Below, piece by piece: positions 1-10,814 of a stretch of DNA of 42,912 nucleotides (its first letter is position 1; the number at the start of each line of letters is the position of its first letter). Under the pieces are notes generated by a model. The model was not told the origin of the DNA and made no database searches. It worked only from the letters and a program-made list of their open reading frames with translations. Position numbers and translations under genes: made by a program. The stretch comes from Stramenopiles sp. TOSAG23-6 (taxonomy: Eukaryota): contig LT635934.1 of NCBI GenBank assembly GCA_900128565.1, forward strand, positions 1 to 42,912, given 5' to 3'.

Positions 1-1334
1 CACCGCGCACAGATCTGATTTTTTTTGAAGATTAAGGATTTTTGGAAAAAATGGTAGGGGGTCTGAAATTTGACAAAAAATCAATTGTATACGGATTTTC
101 GTACCTAAGGCTCCTGAGCGTCCATATTTGTCGATATTTTTAGATAATTCTTTGGTGCAGCTGCAACATTATCTGCAGGGATTTGTTAGTAAAAATGGAA
201 GGGGTCTGAAAGTTCAAACCTTCGAGTATGTCAAGGAGAACTCGGATTTTAAAATAATGCATTTTTGACTTTCGTATGGTTCGACCAAAGTAAAGTATAT
301 TGTTTCGTCTGCATTATATACATTGTTCATTGTATCATTTCAAAAAACCAAACCCCCAGTGACATACTATGCGATTAGAACAGATCAACAGTAAAACTTT
401 GGTCTTGAAAGATGAAATATTTTTTTTTGGAGGTGCACCACAAAATAGTTTCTCAATTTCCCACGAAATGGGGGGTGGAATTGGTCGCCGCAAATGTCGT
501 ACAAAGACTACTTTGAAAAAGTCTGAAATACCTACAGTTGATGTTGCTGATATTGCATATAATAATTACAACGGTCAGCACTTTAAAATCACATATAGCG
601 AACTTGTAGGTCAAGAAAATACACCTGTGAATACCTCAAATACAAAGAAATCACATCAAAAGATCTTTATGTAAACTCCTTAAGGAAGTTACTACCCAAC
701 ATAATGATAATGTAGAAATATGAAAATTGATGGATACTGAAGCGAAATAAAACGCATATATTACTGGAGATGCAACCAGAGTTGAGTTTCCAGCAAGTAT
801 TAAGCTATTATTGCAATGGTACTAGACATGTGGTCTTTGTTCATTTATGAGAGAAACACTTAACCTTGTAAACAACTTATTTTTCAAGAATTGTCTTTAT
901 TTTAGTGCATATGAAATATACTAGACCAATCTAAAATAACAGGAAAACGTACCAATGCAATAATTAAGTTTGATATTAACTTTATCTTTTGATTTTAGTT
1001 GTCTTCTGTTGCATGCCCATGGCACGGCAATTTATCTGTAAAGATGACAAATAAGTACGAAATTTTGTACCAAAAAAAAATATCCCCTTTTCACTCAATA
1101 ACTTTACACCAATTAATAGAGGAAGGTTCTGTGAGTTCAGAAGTGTCTTTACATTGAAAAAATATTAATTCTTTGTCATTCTACAATAAATCTATTTTGA
1201 ACTGTTTTAGAGTATTTTAGAGTAAAACAGCTCAAAAATTTCAGACCCCTTGCCATTTTTGCCTTTTTGGTACGAATTTTTTCGTACTTAATATTTTTCT
1301 TAATCTTCAAAAAAAATGAAATCTGAGCGCGGTG
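1..1334. mobile_element. Putative non-autonomous TIR DNA transposon (MITE/MULE-like relic); left end at or beyond the window edge
   Basis: 1-36 (CACCGCGCACAGATCTGATTTTTTTTGAAGATTAAG) is the reverse complement of 1299-1334 at 33/36 positions. A second inverted block pairs ~46-72 (AAAAATGGTAGGGGGTCTGAAATTT) with ~1236-1260, with a further direct copy at ~191-212. TACGAAnTTTCGTAC-like palindromic motifs occur at ~90, ~1055 and ~1270. No transposase is recognisable inside, and a TSD cannot be assessed. Confidence 0.6.
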
Positions 1335-1538
1335 GCATCATCTCTCTCAGAATCCGATTCTAGCACGGGAAGGAAAAAAATTCAAAAAAATTCTTCTCCT
1401 ATTTGGAACAAACTTGTTACTATTATATCAAAAGTATTCAGTCCATTCCTTTTTCGTGTCGTGTGCGTTCTTCTTCTTTGTTTGGGCGTGCTTGTGGGTG
1501 TGTTTATTGTAGTATTTTCCCCTCAACCCATAAAGAAA

Positions 1539-2550
1539 ATGTCTAAAGTTAATGAAGTACTCCTCTCCAAAGCTGTGGACTGTGTCCTCGCATATGCTAA
1601 AGGCGAAAAGGAAGTAAAACTCCTGAACGGTGAAGTTGTCGATGGTAAAGTCCGTAAGTTCCAAGAAACCGTTGAACTTCAGATCGCATTGAAGAACTAC
1701 GACGCTTCTAAAGACAAACGTTTTAATGGTTCTTTCAAACTTCCAAACGTTCCACGCCCAAATTTCAAAGTTTGTGTTCTTGCTAACGCTGTACACGAAG
1801 AGATCTGTAAAAAGGAAGGTATTGATTTCATGAACGTCGACATGCTCAAGAAGCTCAACAAGGACAAGAAACTTGTCAAGAAGCTCGCTGGCAAGTATGA
1901 TGGCTTCGTCTGTTCTGATACCCTCATTAAGCTCATCCCACGTTTGTTGGGTCCTGGTCTTAACCGTGCTGGTAAATTTCCACTCCGTTGTGGTTCTGAT
2001 GAAGATATCACTGCTAAGGTAAGTTATAACTAATTAAATTCATTGGTAAGAATGCACACATGTCTATATCGGGCTAACGCGCATCTTTCGAAGTTTCCTT
2101 TAAAATTTTCCTTTTCCTTTAAATTTTACTTTGTATTTAAAATGACGAAAAAGCATATTTCGACGTATCCTATTTATAGGTATGACGAAGCAAAACTTCA
2201 CTTTGAACTGATTTAATACTCTGTTTACATCAAACTTTGAAGTTGTTTCTTTTTGGTTGTTATCCATTACTATTCACTTACACTCAGTTTACTCAAACAT
2301 ATCATTTTTTGACATTTATCACTTTACTTTACAGATCACTGAGCTCCAATCTACCATCAAGTTCCAGCTTAAGAAAGTTATGTGCATGAACGTCGCTGTT
2401 GGCCACGTTGGTATGACCGCTGACGAGCTTCTTCTCAACACGACTCTGGCTTGTAACTTCCTTGCTTCTTTAACAAAGAAAGGATGGCAAAATATTCAGG
2501 TTCTCTACATCAAGTCTACTATGGGCCCAGCTCAACAGTTCCACTTCTAA
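1539..2550 (+). CDS. RPL10A: 60S ribosomal protein L10a (uL1); 2 exons 1539-2018 and 2335-2550, 231 aa
   Basis: Motifs [51 protein letters not shown] and KSTMGP. A phase-0 GTAAGT...TTTACAG intron at 2019-2334 joins ...DITAK to ITELQST in frame. Confidence 0.97.
2133..2219 (+). ncRNA. Intronic box C/D snoRNA with a U37/SNORD37-type LSU rRNA guide
   Basis: Terminal stem GTATTTAAA/TTTAATAC; box C variant ATGACGA 2142-2148; C' ATGACGA 2182-2188; box D CTGA 2208-2211. The guide CTTCACTTTGA (2196-2206) is complementary to conserved LSU rRNA UCAAAGUGAAG. An internal hairpin CCTAT/ATAGG is present. Confidence 0.75.
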
Positions 2551-2943
2551 GTGTGTTATTGTAGCATAGTTTTTATAGATATATCTTTTTGAGAATATGG
2601 TGTATAATTGTATGTTCATATTGATATTTTATAGAAACTCCGAGAATAGTATATGGTAATTTATGTATGTGATAGATTGAAACGAGATACTACAGTTATT
2701 GTTAGTATTACAGAGTCAATTGTAATATCTATATTGTTTTATACGAAGCTCAGTAAATGGTGGGTATATTATATTTCTTATGAAATTTTATATATTTACT
2801 TCGTTTCAATGGTAACATTGATTCAAATTAATTGGCGGAAAACCTACAACAGTGGCAGGATCGATTAATAAAGACCCGCGATGACCACATTTACTTGTAT
2901 TTTTTTTTATTGTTTTAAAATATATATTATTGCCTTGTAGGTA

Positions 2944-5900
2944 TTAACTGAAATATCTGAACACAGCTATAGCTAAAACTATAAAATTTGTTGTGATCGT
3001 CAAGCCGGTTTCGCATACTAATTTAGGTGCAAAAATAGCCCATACCATGAGGTGTCTTCTATGTATAAATGCTGTGAATGCAGCAGCAGCGAGGAACGTA
3101 CCACTAATAAGAACACACAATATCAAGGAATAATTTACTGCAAGATTATATGCATCTCTCCATAATATAACAGTATCATCATTCTTTTTATATGGGGTCA
3201 TTGCCACTGCCACAATATACAACGATATAATTCCAATTAGATGCCCTCCCACAGTATTCAGCCATACTAAACCACCTGATCCATAAAGATTAAAATTACG
3301 AAGCCCTATATAACCACAATTATATTGTAAACTAGAAAATTGATAGTCGTGACCAGTAGAGTAGTAAAAATTGATTATAAGAGACATCCACCAACATATA
3401 ATACATCCTACTGAGTATGTATTACTCAAATAAATCTCAGTACTATTATTATTCCTTTGCATTTTTGATTTTTTTATGACATGCATAGTAAAATTTTTCA
3501 CAGCAGATAAGTCGCGTATAATGCTAAGCATCCCTCCAGCGGCACAAATAGCAAAAACAATTACAATTGGTGATGCGGGTCCTTGTACCAACGCTAACAG
3601 TGTTAAAAATGGTAATATTCGTAAAAGAAAAAGATATTCAGTAATAATACTCTGAGAAAGCCCAAAATTACCAATACATTTTTTTTTCTCTTCATATTGT
3701 ATTTTAGGGAAAGTTATAAATGTACACAGAAATACACATATACATGCTACAAATATAAATCTAGGGAGTGTAATCAATATTATATCATCATTGATATGTT
3801 CAGCATCACCTATATTTTGTTTACCATGATGTAACGTTGTTGTATTCGTTTCAGCATCGTGACTCAAAGATGACAAATACCAATAAAAATATACACTAAC
3901 ATTTGATAGAGTAGAGACAATCAATACTATAGCATAAGAATTCCCCCAAAGAATATTACAATTAGTAGTAGATTTTTGAATGTTATTGTTCTTTGTACGT
4001 GTGTATTGCTCGACTAAGGTGTTTAATCGCAAACGAAATATAAATGGAATAAGGAGCAAAGGAATCAAAGATCCTATATAAGACGGAGCTTCACTGCAGC
4101 CCAGAGGCCCGCCAACATTTCTACGGATGGCTAGCCAAGCATACATGCCTCTTACAGAACAAAGTAACACACATGTTCTCAAGACGATATTAAGTGATTC
4201 CTCATGACCAATAGGTAATTTTATTGATAGATTTGATACTCGCGATTGTCCTATTGCACCAAGCAAAGACCGTGTATGCAGTATCGATAATGTTGCAAAA
4301 GTGTACAACATGACGCTTGATGAAGCATTCACATATGAATTAGATGTGACGCTGTAATTAACGAGTAAAAATACAAGAATAGTAATGACACGAAGAGCAC
4401 CCAAATTCCATATAAAGTTGATTGTAATCCTCCAATAGTCATTATTGTATTTTTTTAAATATCTTGGTTTTGATGAGCCTACATCACTAATTGCACGATA
4501 ATTATTATCTTTGTCATTCATATACAGAACTAAACCAGCGATAATGAATGAGAAAATGATACCTAATCCCAAGCCCATTAATTTCAAATCAAATTGAGTC
4601 CACTCTTCACGACACATACGAAGAGCATCACTAAGAAATTCATAATAAAGTTTAATTGAATTGTTCTTCAAATCATAAATTTCCGAAAGTTTAGATTTTG
4701 TATCGTTTGACTCGTCACGAATTGTAGACAAACTTTGCCATCTCAGGTCAGTTTTCCACGCACGCTCATAAATATTTTCCAACTGACTCATTCTATATGA
4801 TGGAAATGCGCCACCTACAAATTGTGATTGATAACTCATTAGATATCTCTGTACCTGTGCTGAATTTATACGAACTGCAGATATCTTTGTATCATCATAT
4901 ACTGAAACTTGAGGATTTACTTCATTATCATTGTCGTTATCTATAAATAAAGGACTAATGACAGCACCTAGATTACCAAATGGAATAGGCACTCCCAAAA
5001 GAAGACATAATGTTGGTACAAGGTCTACTTGTGAAACTGGTACATTTAATACATTTGTTTCATTGTTTAGTGTATCTGAAGGATTACGTCCAGCACTAAT
5101 AAAAGAAGGTAATTTATGCAAATCATTCTTAGAATACATAAATAATGTAGATTCAACTTCCTCTTTTGTTGCACCACCATGATTCCCATCCGATGTCATG
5201 CCATGGTCACCCATTACTACTAGTAGAGTATCATCCTCCATTTCAATAACTACTGATCGAATTATATCATCCATTTGTTCAAGTTTTGCTGCCATAGCTG
5301 AGTGTTCTGGGCCATATCTATGACCCACGTGATCTACACCCAGAAAATGTCCAATAATTACATCCCAATCCTTTTTTTGCATCTCAGGAATTAAGTGTTC
5401 CACAACTCCATCGTCCACAGTATGTAGATCTTTTACATCGAATGATGGGTAAGGATAACTTCGATGAAACAAACCTGGAAAGAGAGACTCCCAAGTATCG
5501 TCTCCCATAAATACAATTTTTTTATCTGCTTTGAGTAATTGAAATATAGTATTGTCTTCATTTATAGCAGGACTTGCAAAATTATTACTTGCATCCATAA
5601 ATGTTGGCAATCCTCCTGTCATCATGCCTTTTAATCGTTGCATTGTCACAGTCGGTGGGTCAGCTAAAAAAGGTGCTAGTAAAGCATGGTGTGGCGATTC
5701 AACAAGAAGTTCTCGAAAGAATGGCATATGTGACAAATAATTCTCTTTACCAGATTTCCGTTTTTGAGGAGGAGAATTTCCTCTTAGATTGAGACTGGAT
5801 TTTGCAAAGTCGTACCGTAAGGCATCAATCATCAGCACAATAGCACGTTTATATTTTGGTTTTCCAGATGTCCAGCACGAAAGACTCGATTGAGCTTTGT

Positions 5901-6033
5901 CGTAGTCAACATTTAGAGGTATTTTATCACATGAACTAATATCAGGTAATTCTAAACGAGTCAAGAAGAAACCACGGAAGAAAATGAAAATACCAAATAT
6001 CTGGGAGATTGCATATATAGGCCAATATTGCAT
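2944..6033 (-). CDS. PIGO: GPI ethanolamine phosphate transferase 3 (PIG-O/Gpi13); an in-frame upstream ATG exists at 6126
   Basis: Motifs GFFLTRLEL, IDALRYDF, ADPPTVTMQRLKG, FMGDDTW, HFLGVDHVGH, GDHGMT..GNHGG and C-terminal RRHLMVWAIFAPK; multi-TM C-terminal half. Confidence 0.95.
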   Translation of the reverse strand: MQYWPIYAISQIFGIFIFFRGFFLTRLELPDISSCDKIPLNVDYDKAQSSLSCWTSGKPKYKRAIVLMIDALRYDFAKSSLNLRGNSPPQKRKSGKENYLSHMPFFRELLVESPHHALLAPFLADPPTVTMQRLKGMMTGGLPTFMDASNNFASPAINEDNTIFQLLKADKKIVFMGDDTWESLFPGLFHRSYPYPSFDVKDLHTVDDGVVEHLIPEMQKKDWDVIIGHFLGVDHVGHRYGPEHSAMAAKLEQMDDIIRSVVIEMEDDTLLVVMGDHGMTSDGNHGGATKEEVESTLFMYSKNDLHKLPSFISAGRNPSDTLNNETNVLNVPVSQVDLVPTLCLLLGVPIPFGNLGAVISPLFIDNDNDNEVNPQVSVYDDTKISAVRINSAQVQRYLMSYQSQFVGGAFPSYRMSQLENIYERAWKTDLRWQSLSTIRDESNDTKSKLSEIYDLKNNSIKLYYEFLSDALRMCREEWTQFDLKLMGLGLGIIFSFIIAGLVLYMNDKDNNYRAISDVGSSKPRYLKKYNNDYWRITINFIWNLGALRVITILVFLLVNYSVTSNSYVNASSSVMLYTFATLSILHTRSLLGAIGQSRVSNLSIKLPIGHEESLNIVLRTCVLLCSVRGMYAWLAIRRNVGGPLGCSEAPSYIGSLIPLLLIPFIFRLRLNTLVEQYTRTKNNNIQKSTTNCNILWGNSYAIVLIVSTLSNVSVYFYWYLSSLSHDAETNTTTLHHGKQNIGDAEHINDDIILITLPRFIFVACICVFLCTFITFPKIQYEEKKKCIGNFGLSQSIITEYLFLLRILPFLTLLALVQGPASPIVIVFAICAAGGMLSIIRDLSAVKNFTMHVIKKSKMQRNNNSTEIYLSNTYSVGCIICWWMSLIINFYYSTGHDYQFSSLQYNCGYIGLRNFNLYGSGGLVWLNTVGGHLIGIISLYIVAVAMTPYKKNDDTVILWRDAYNLAVNYSLILCVLISGTFLAAAAFTAFIHRRHLMVWAIFAPKLVCETGLTITTNFIVLAIAVFRYFS

Positions 6034-6354
6034 GTTATCTAATGATAATTCTTGAGCTATTGGATATCGAAGACGATAACACGATACCTGACCGCGACCT
6101 GAATTCGAGTGAAAATTTGGAATCATCGGCGATTTTATTTATTTACAGTTACCACCTCAGGCAGGCAGGCTCAGTAGTAGCTATATATACGTATGCATCT
6201 ATACCCTTCAGTGTCCCTGATGACTATTAAGCTACCCTTTGTGTACGGTACGCATTAAGCTTTGTGCTTTACAAGATTTATCCCATGGTGGGGTTGGAAC
6301 ACACCGCTAGGACCATTGTAGGCTATCAGAAGTTATAGGAAGCTTCTTCAAGCC

Positions 6355-8694
6355 ATGGGTGACCATAGAAGAGATGATTGCGTGAAGGTTGTTGTACGGT
6401 TGCGTCCTTTTAATTCCCAAGAAAAACGCGACGGACGTCAACAGATTGTCTCAATGAATCTTCCCATTAATCAGTGTGTTATTGTTAATCGAGGAAAACG
6501 TGAAAGTTCATCTAATAATCTTCAACAAAAACTAGTCAACGGAGACAGTAAAAAGTTCACGTTTGACTGTGTCTTTGACATGAACGTCACACAACAGGAA
6601 GTATACGAGGAAACTGGTTATAAGCTTGTAGAGAGTGTGATGCAAGGGTTTAATGGTACGCTGTTTGCGTATGGACAAACAGGGTGTGGGAAAACATTTA
6701 CAATGCAAGGCGTTGATGATTCACCTGAGCTTAGAGGTGTGATTCCTCGCGCGTTTGACCACTTATTCGAAAACATTCTTGCATCAGATACTACAGAATA
6801 TTTAGTTCAAGCTTCGTACCTAGAAATATACAACGAGGAGGTCCGCGATTTGCTCGGAGTTGATTCTAAAAAAGCACTTGAACTGAAGGAGCATCCAGAA
6901 AAAGGCGTTTACGTCAAAGGCTTAAGCACACATGTTGTAGAGAGTGTTGCAGCAATTGAAGACGTCATGCGCAAAGGTTTTGCTAAACGAGCAGTCGGCT
7001 CGACAATGATGAATGCAGAATCATCGCGCTCACATTCTATATTTACGATTGTAATTGAGTCAAACACACCGGATGAACAAGGTAATAATCATTTTCGTTC
7101 CGGCAAACTTAATCTAGTAGATTTGGCAGGCTCTGAAAGAGCAAATAAAACCGGAGCAACAGGATCAAGAATGAAGGAAGGTATCAAGATTAATTTATCG
7201 CTATCAGCATTAGGAAATGTGATTAAAGCTCTTGTTGATGGTAAGGGTACACATATCCCATATAGAGATTCAAAACTAACACGCTTATTACAAGAATCTC
7301 TCGGGGGTAATGCAAAAACTGTGATGTGTGCAGCTATAGGTCCTGCCTGTTACAACTATGAAGAAACATTATCCACATTGAGATATGCTAATAGAGCAAA
7401 GAATATAAAGAATAAAGCGGTTATAAACGAGGATCCTAAAGATGCCCTCCTCCGTCAATATAAGGACGAAATACAAAAATTGAAGGGTATGCTTTCAACG
7501 GGCAATGGTGGGGAAATGATCATGGGTGACTTATCTGGAAACACTTCATCTGTAGCCTTCTCCGAGGGTAGACTGCAAAACGTAACACAGATTGAAAAAC
7601 TTGTCGAAGTTCAGGTCATTAAAGAGGTCATACCTAAAAGTCATGTAGCACAGAAAGCAGCGTTAGAAAATTTAAATGACGCAGTCGTCGCACAACGTAA
7701 CAAAATGGGCGAAGAATTAGAGGCGAAGGAGGCAGAGCTGGCAAAAGATCAAAAACGTCTTATGGATGTCCAAAACCAGTTAGCCCAATTACAACAAAGA
7801 GTGATCGGAAATGCAGCAATTGCATTAGGACTAGAAATAGGCGGAAATGGAAAGAACTCTGTTTGTCTCAATGAAGATCCTGCACGGCTATTAGCAAAAC
7901 AGCAATCTGAGTATAGACGAGCCCAGTATAAACTAAAAAAACAAAAGAGAGAACAGAAGAAACTGCAAGCCTTGCGACTTAAAGCGGAAGAAGAAAAAAG
8001 AGAAGTGGAAGTGATGATGCAACAACGAGAAGAAAATATTGCACAAGAAAAGAGTGAAATTTTAAAAGAGTTGCAACTTTATAAAGCAAAAATGAGAAAA
8101 CAAAGTAGAGCATTAAAGTCTGCCAGGCAAGATATAAAAGATTTGGTAAAAGAATTTCAAGAAGAGCGTGAAGGATACTTAAATAACATACGTCAATCAA
8201 ATCGAGATATTTCAATGTTTGCTGAACTCGTGGAAAAATTTTTACCACCTTCGGAAATTGCTAAGTTATGGGAAAGAGTTCGATTCAATGAAGATCTTAA
8301 TTCTTGGATATTTCCTTCTCTCAAGCCACGTCACGATTGGCGTGCTGCATTATTAGGTCAGTCCCATCGTGGAAGAAATCCAAATGTAAAATCTAGCGAA
8401 ATGACACAATTAAATTCGTCTATAGGTTTGGAAACACAATGGGGGCGACCTAAAATGCAAACACCAATAAATAATGACAGTAGCCGTCCCCATTCAAGAG
8501 ACACCGTCCACCGACATTTCGATGGGTTAAATGATCATAAAAAGAAAAAAAAGAAAGCAGAGAAGAAAGAAAAGCGAAGGAAACAGTTGGAAGCACGGGC
8601 TGAAGAAAAACGGATGTATAAAGCAATGTCAAAAGAGGAACGCAAACGATATAGAGCAACAAAAAAGATAGAAAAATTAAGCCGCATTAATTAG
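6355..8694 (+). CDS. Kinesin-2 family motor (KIF3/KIF17-like), probably IFT
   Basis: P-loop GQTGCGKT, switch motifs NAESSRSH and [41 protein letters not shown] neck, coiled-coil stalk, and a FLPPSE..KLW..W tail typical of kinesin-2. Confidence 0.9.
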   Translation: MGDHRRDDCVKVVVRLRPFNSQEKRDGRQQIVSMNLPINQCVIVNRGKRESSSNNLQQKLVNGDSKKFTFDCVFDMNVTQQEVYEETGYKLVESVMQGFNGTLFAYGQTGCGKTFTMQGVDDSPELRGVIPRAFDHLFENILASDTTEYLVQASYLEIYNEEVRDLLGVDSKKALELKEHPEKGVYVKGLSTHVVESVAAIEDVMRKGFAKRAVGSTMMNAESSRSHSIFTIVIESNTPDEQGNNHFRSGKLNLVDLAGSERANKTGATGSRMKEGIKINLSLSALGNVIKALVDGKGTHIPYRDSKLTRLLQESLGGNAKTVMCAAIGPACYNYEETLSTLRYANRAKNIKNKAVINEDPKDALLRQYKDEIQKLKGMLSTGNGGEMIMGDLSGNTSSVAFSEGRLQNVTQIEKLVEVQVIKEVIPKSHVAQKAALENLNDAVVAQRNKMGEELEAKEAELAKDQKRLMDVQNQLAQLQQRVIGNAAIALGLEIGGNGKNSVCLNEDPARLLAKQQSEYRRAQYKLKKQKREQKKLQALRLKAEEEKREVEVMMQQREENIAQEKSEILKELQLYKAKMRKQSRALKSARQDIKDLVKEFQEEREGYLNNIRQSNRDISMFAELVEKFLPPSEIAKLWERVRFNEDLNSWIFPSLKPRHDWRAALLGQSHRGRNPNVKSSEMTQLNSSIGLETQWGRPKMQTPINNDSSRPHSRDTVHRHFDGLNDHKKKKKKAEKKEKRRKQLEARAEEKRMYKAMSKEERKRYRATKKIEKLSRIN

Positions 8695-8805
8695 AATTAT
8701 AAAAGGCACTACTTTATAGCAACATACTCGCAGAATATATATTTGTAGATTAATGAAAAAAGCGGCGAACAATCTGACTGTGTTTTTCTTATATTTAATA
8801 TTAGT

Positions 8806-9597
8806 TTATACTGTTGTTGAATTTGAAGATTTACCAAAGACTTTGTAATTTTCCATCTTTGGTGCATACATATTTTTTAATAGTGCAACTTTGAGTGATT
8901 TTTTCGCTGCAATGTCATTATTCACTGGTACTATTTTTGAATGAGCTACGCCTAACGCGTTTATAGTTAGTTCATTTTCAAGAATTTTTTCCTGAAAATT
9001 TTCAATACCAGGGTTATTCAGTAAGTGACTCCGGTATTGAAGTAAAGTACGTAAATAAGTTGCCAAATCAACCATCTCTTGTTCTAAAATGCCTTTGTTT
9101 ACTAGTTCTTCAGGTGTAGTAGGGGGTACCACATGAACTTCCGCGATATCTTGTGTTCCTAGTGTTGTAGTGACATTAAATAAAGTGACTTGACAGAAAG
9201 CACCACTCCACTTCTCTGTGCAATTGCACACTGAATGAAATGTTGTTTTATTTAATATACAGTGACCGTGTCCACTACACTTGTTATAACAGACTGGGGC
9301 CAAATCTAAAGAAAGCACTGTCTTATTTTTCTTTTTATCTTTTTCGCACTTTTTACACGGTGGACCTGCTAGTACTGAAGTATCATTTATATCGCTACTT
9401 TCGGTATTTCCTTCAAAATCTCCCATACCTATTTCGTTTAACGTTGCATTAGCTTCGCGAAACCTAGGCTCTAATACAACGTTCTTCCGATTAATTTTGC
9501 GTCTCGGTGAACGAAACACACTTATTCCTACATCATTCATCACTGCTAGCAGCAATAAAATGGTGGGCACATTGAAGTACATGGTCAAGGGTGACAT
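8806..9597 (-). CDS. Secreted or membrane-anchored protein with one EGF-like domain
   Basis: Hydrophobic N-terminus; tenascin-type EGF repeat CYNKCSGHGHC..CNC...WSGAFC; many NxS/T sequons. Confidence 0.75.
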   Translation of the reverse strand: MSPLTMYFNVPTILLLLAVMNDVGISVFRSPRRKINRKNVVLEPRFREANATLNEIGMGDFEGNTESSDINDTSVLAGPPCKKCEKDKKKNKTVLSLDLAPVCYNKCSGHGHCILNKTTFHSVCNCTEKWSGAFCQVTLFNVTTTLGTQDIAEVHVVPPTTPEELVNKGILEQEMVDLATYLRTLLQYRSHLLNNPGIENFQEKILENELTINALGVAHSKIVPVNNDIAAKKSLKVALLKNMYAPKMENYKVFGKSSNSTTV

Positions 9598-9844
9598 TTG
9601 TACGTTTTTAGTCTCATTACGATTTATTATTGATTACACACACAGGAACGAAAAATTTCAAATTTCAAATTTTTATTTATTTTTTTTCGTGTTTTTTTTG
9701 TGAAGAAGTCGAAAAAAGTCAAGGAAAGTCAAAAAGTCACTCATCAAAACCGTCAAACTCAAATTGATCAAAAAAGGATCAAATGTATCCTTTTGCGAGT
9801 AACACTTACATTACTTACTAGCCAATAAATCAAGCGAGATAAAA

Positions 9845-10441
9845 ATGACCTCAAATGCGTGTGAGGTTAAAGTGGTACTACTTGGAGACACAGGAGTGGG
9901 AAAGTCTAGTTTAGTTTTACGGTTCGTTACGAAGACGTTTCGCTCGACTTCGGAATCAACAATTGGGGCATCATTCATGTCAAAGTTAATTGTAGTTGAC
10001 GGTATAGCTGTAAAATATCAAATTTGGGATACTGCAGGCCAAGAAAAGTATCATGGGATTTCACCAATGTATTATCGTGGAGCTGGTGCTGCAATAATGG
10101 TATTTGATATTACAAATAAGGAATCTTTTGCAAAATGTAAAGGTTGGATTACAGAGCTTCAGAGTTACGGACCGGAGGACATTGTTCTTGTTTTAGTTGG
10201 AAATAAATTAGATTTGGCAAATAATCGTGAGGTTGAAACAGAAACAGCAAAGAAATATGCAGAACAAATAGGCGCACTGTTCTTTGAGACAAGTGCTAAA
10301 GAAAATACAAATGTAACCCAAGCTTTTGAAGATATCAGTCGAAAATTGAGACCTGACTTAAGGTCTGACTTATTAATTGACCCAAATGATATTCGTTTAG
10401 GTCGTTTCACTGGGAATGGTACGAAACGATGTTGTTGCTAG
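9845..10441 (+). CDS. Rab GTPase, Rab5 group (Rab22/Rab31-like)
   Basis: Motifs GDTGVGKS, TIGASF, WDTAGQE, PMYYRGA, GNKLD and ETSAK; C-terminal CCC prenylation site. Confidence 0.93.
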   Translation: MTSNACEVKVVLLGDTGVGKSSLVLRFVTKTFRSTSESTIGASFMSKLIVVDGIAVKYQIWDTAGQEKYHGISPMYYRGAGAAIMVFDITNKESFAKCKGWITELQSYGPEDIVLVLVGNKLDLANNREVETETAKKYAEQIGALFFETSAKENTNVTQAFEDISRKLRPDLRSDLLIDPNDIRLGRFTGNGTKRCCC

Positions 10442-10814
10442 ATAAATAATTCTTTTTATTACAACGTATAAAATTTATTAATCATCCTGTATTATTTCCA
10501 CTATAAATGCTCTTGATAAATAAAACAGTCAGAAAGAATGATAAACGTGTGACAGATTTTTACCTAAACTTTTTTAAATTGATATAAAAATATAATACTT
10601 CAACCTACAGTGTATTTTATGTAACACGTACTTCAACATACGGTTGTGCATAAATTTACAATGTCATTTAGTGGCGTTTGTCACATTGCGTCTTCAGAAA
10701 TAAAATTTAGTAAATAATAATGAGACAACAACATCAATACTCGGATTTATTGGATTTAGGAATGGCAAAAGCGTAGAGTAGGACAGTCTTTTGATTAATA
10801 AACTTTTCAAATTA

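Noticed and set aside
369-674. 101-aa ORF inside the TIR element
   Set aside because: No recognisable motif, and the downstream sequence is stop-riddled; cannot be called a transposase or a gene.
1332-1538. N-terminal hydrophobic extension of the RPL10A ORF
   Set aside because: Starts at GTG within the TIR and crosses a T-rich promoter/UTR; homology begins at ATG 1539.
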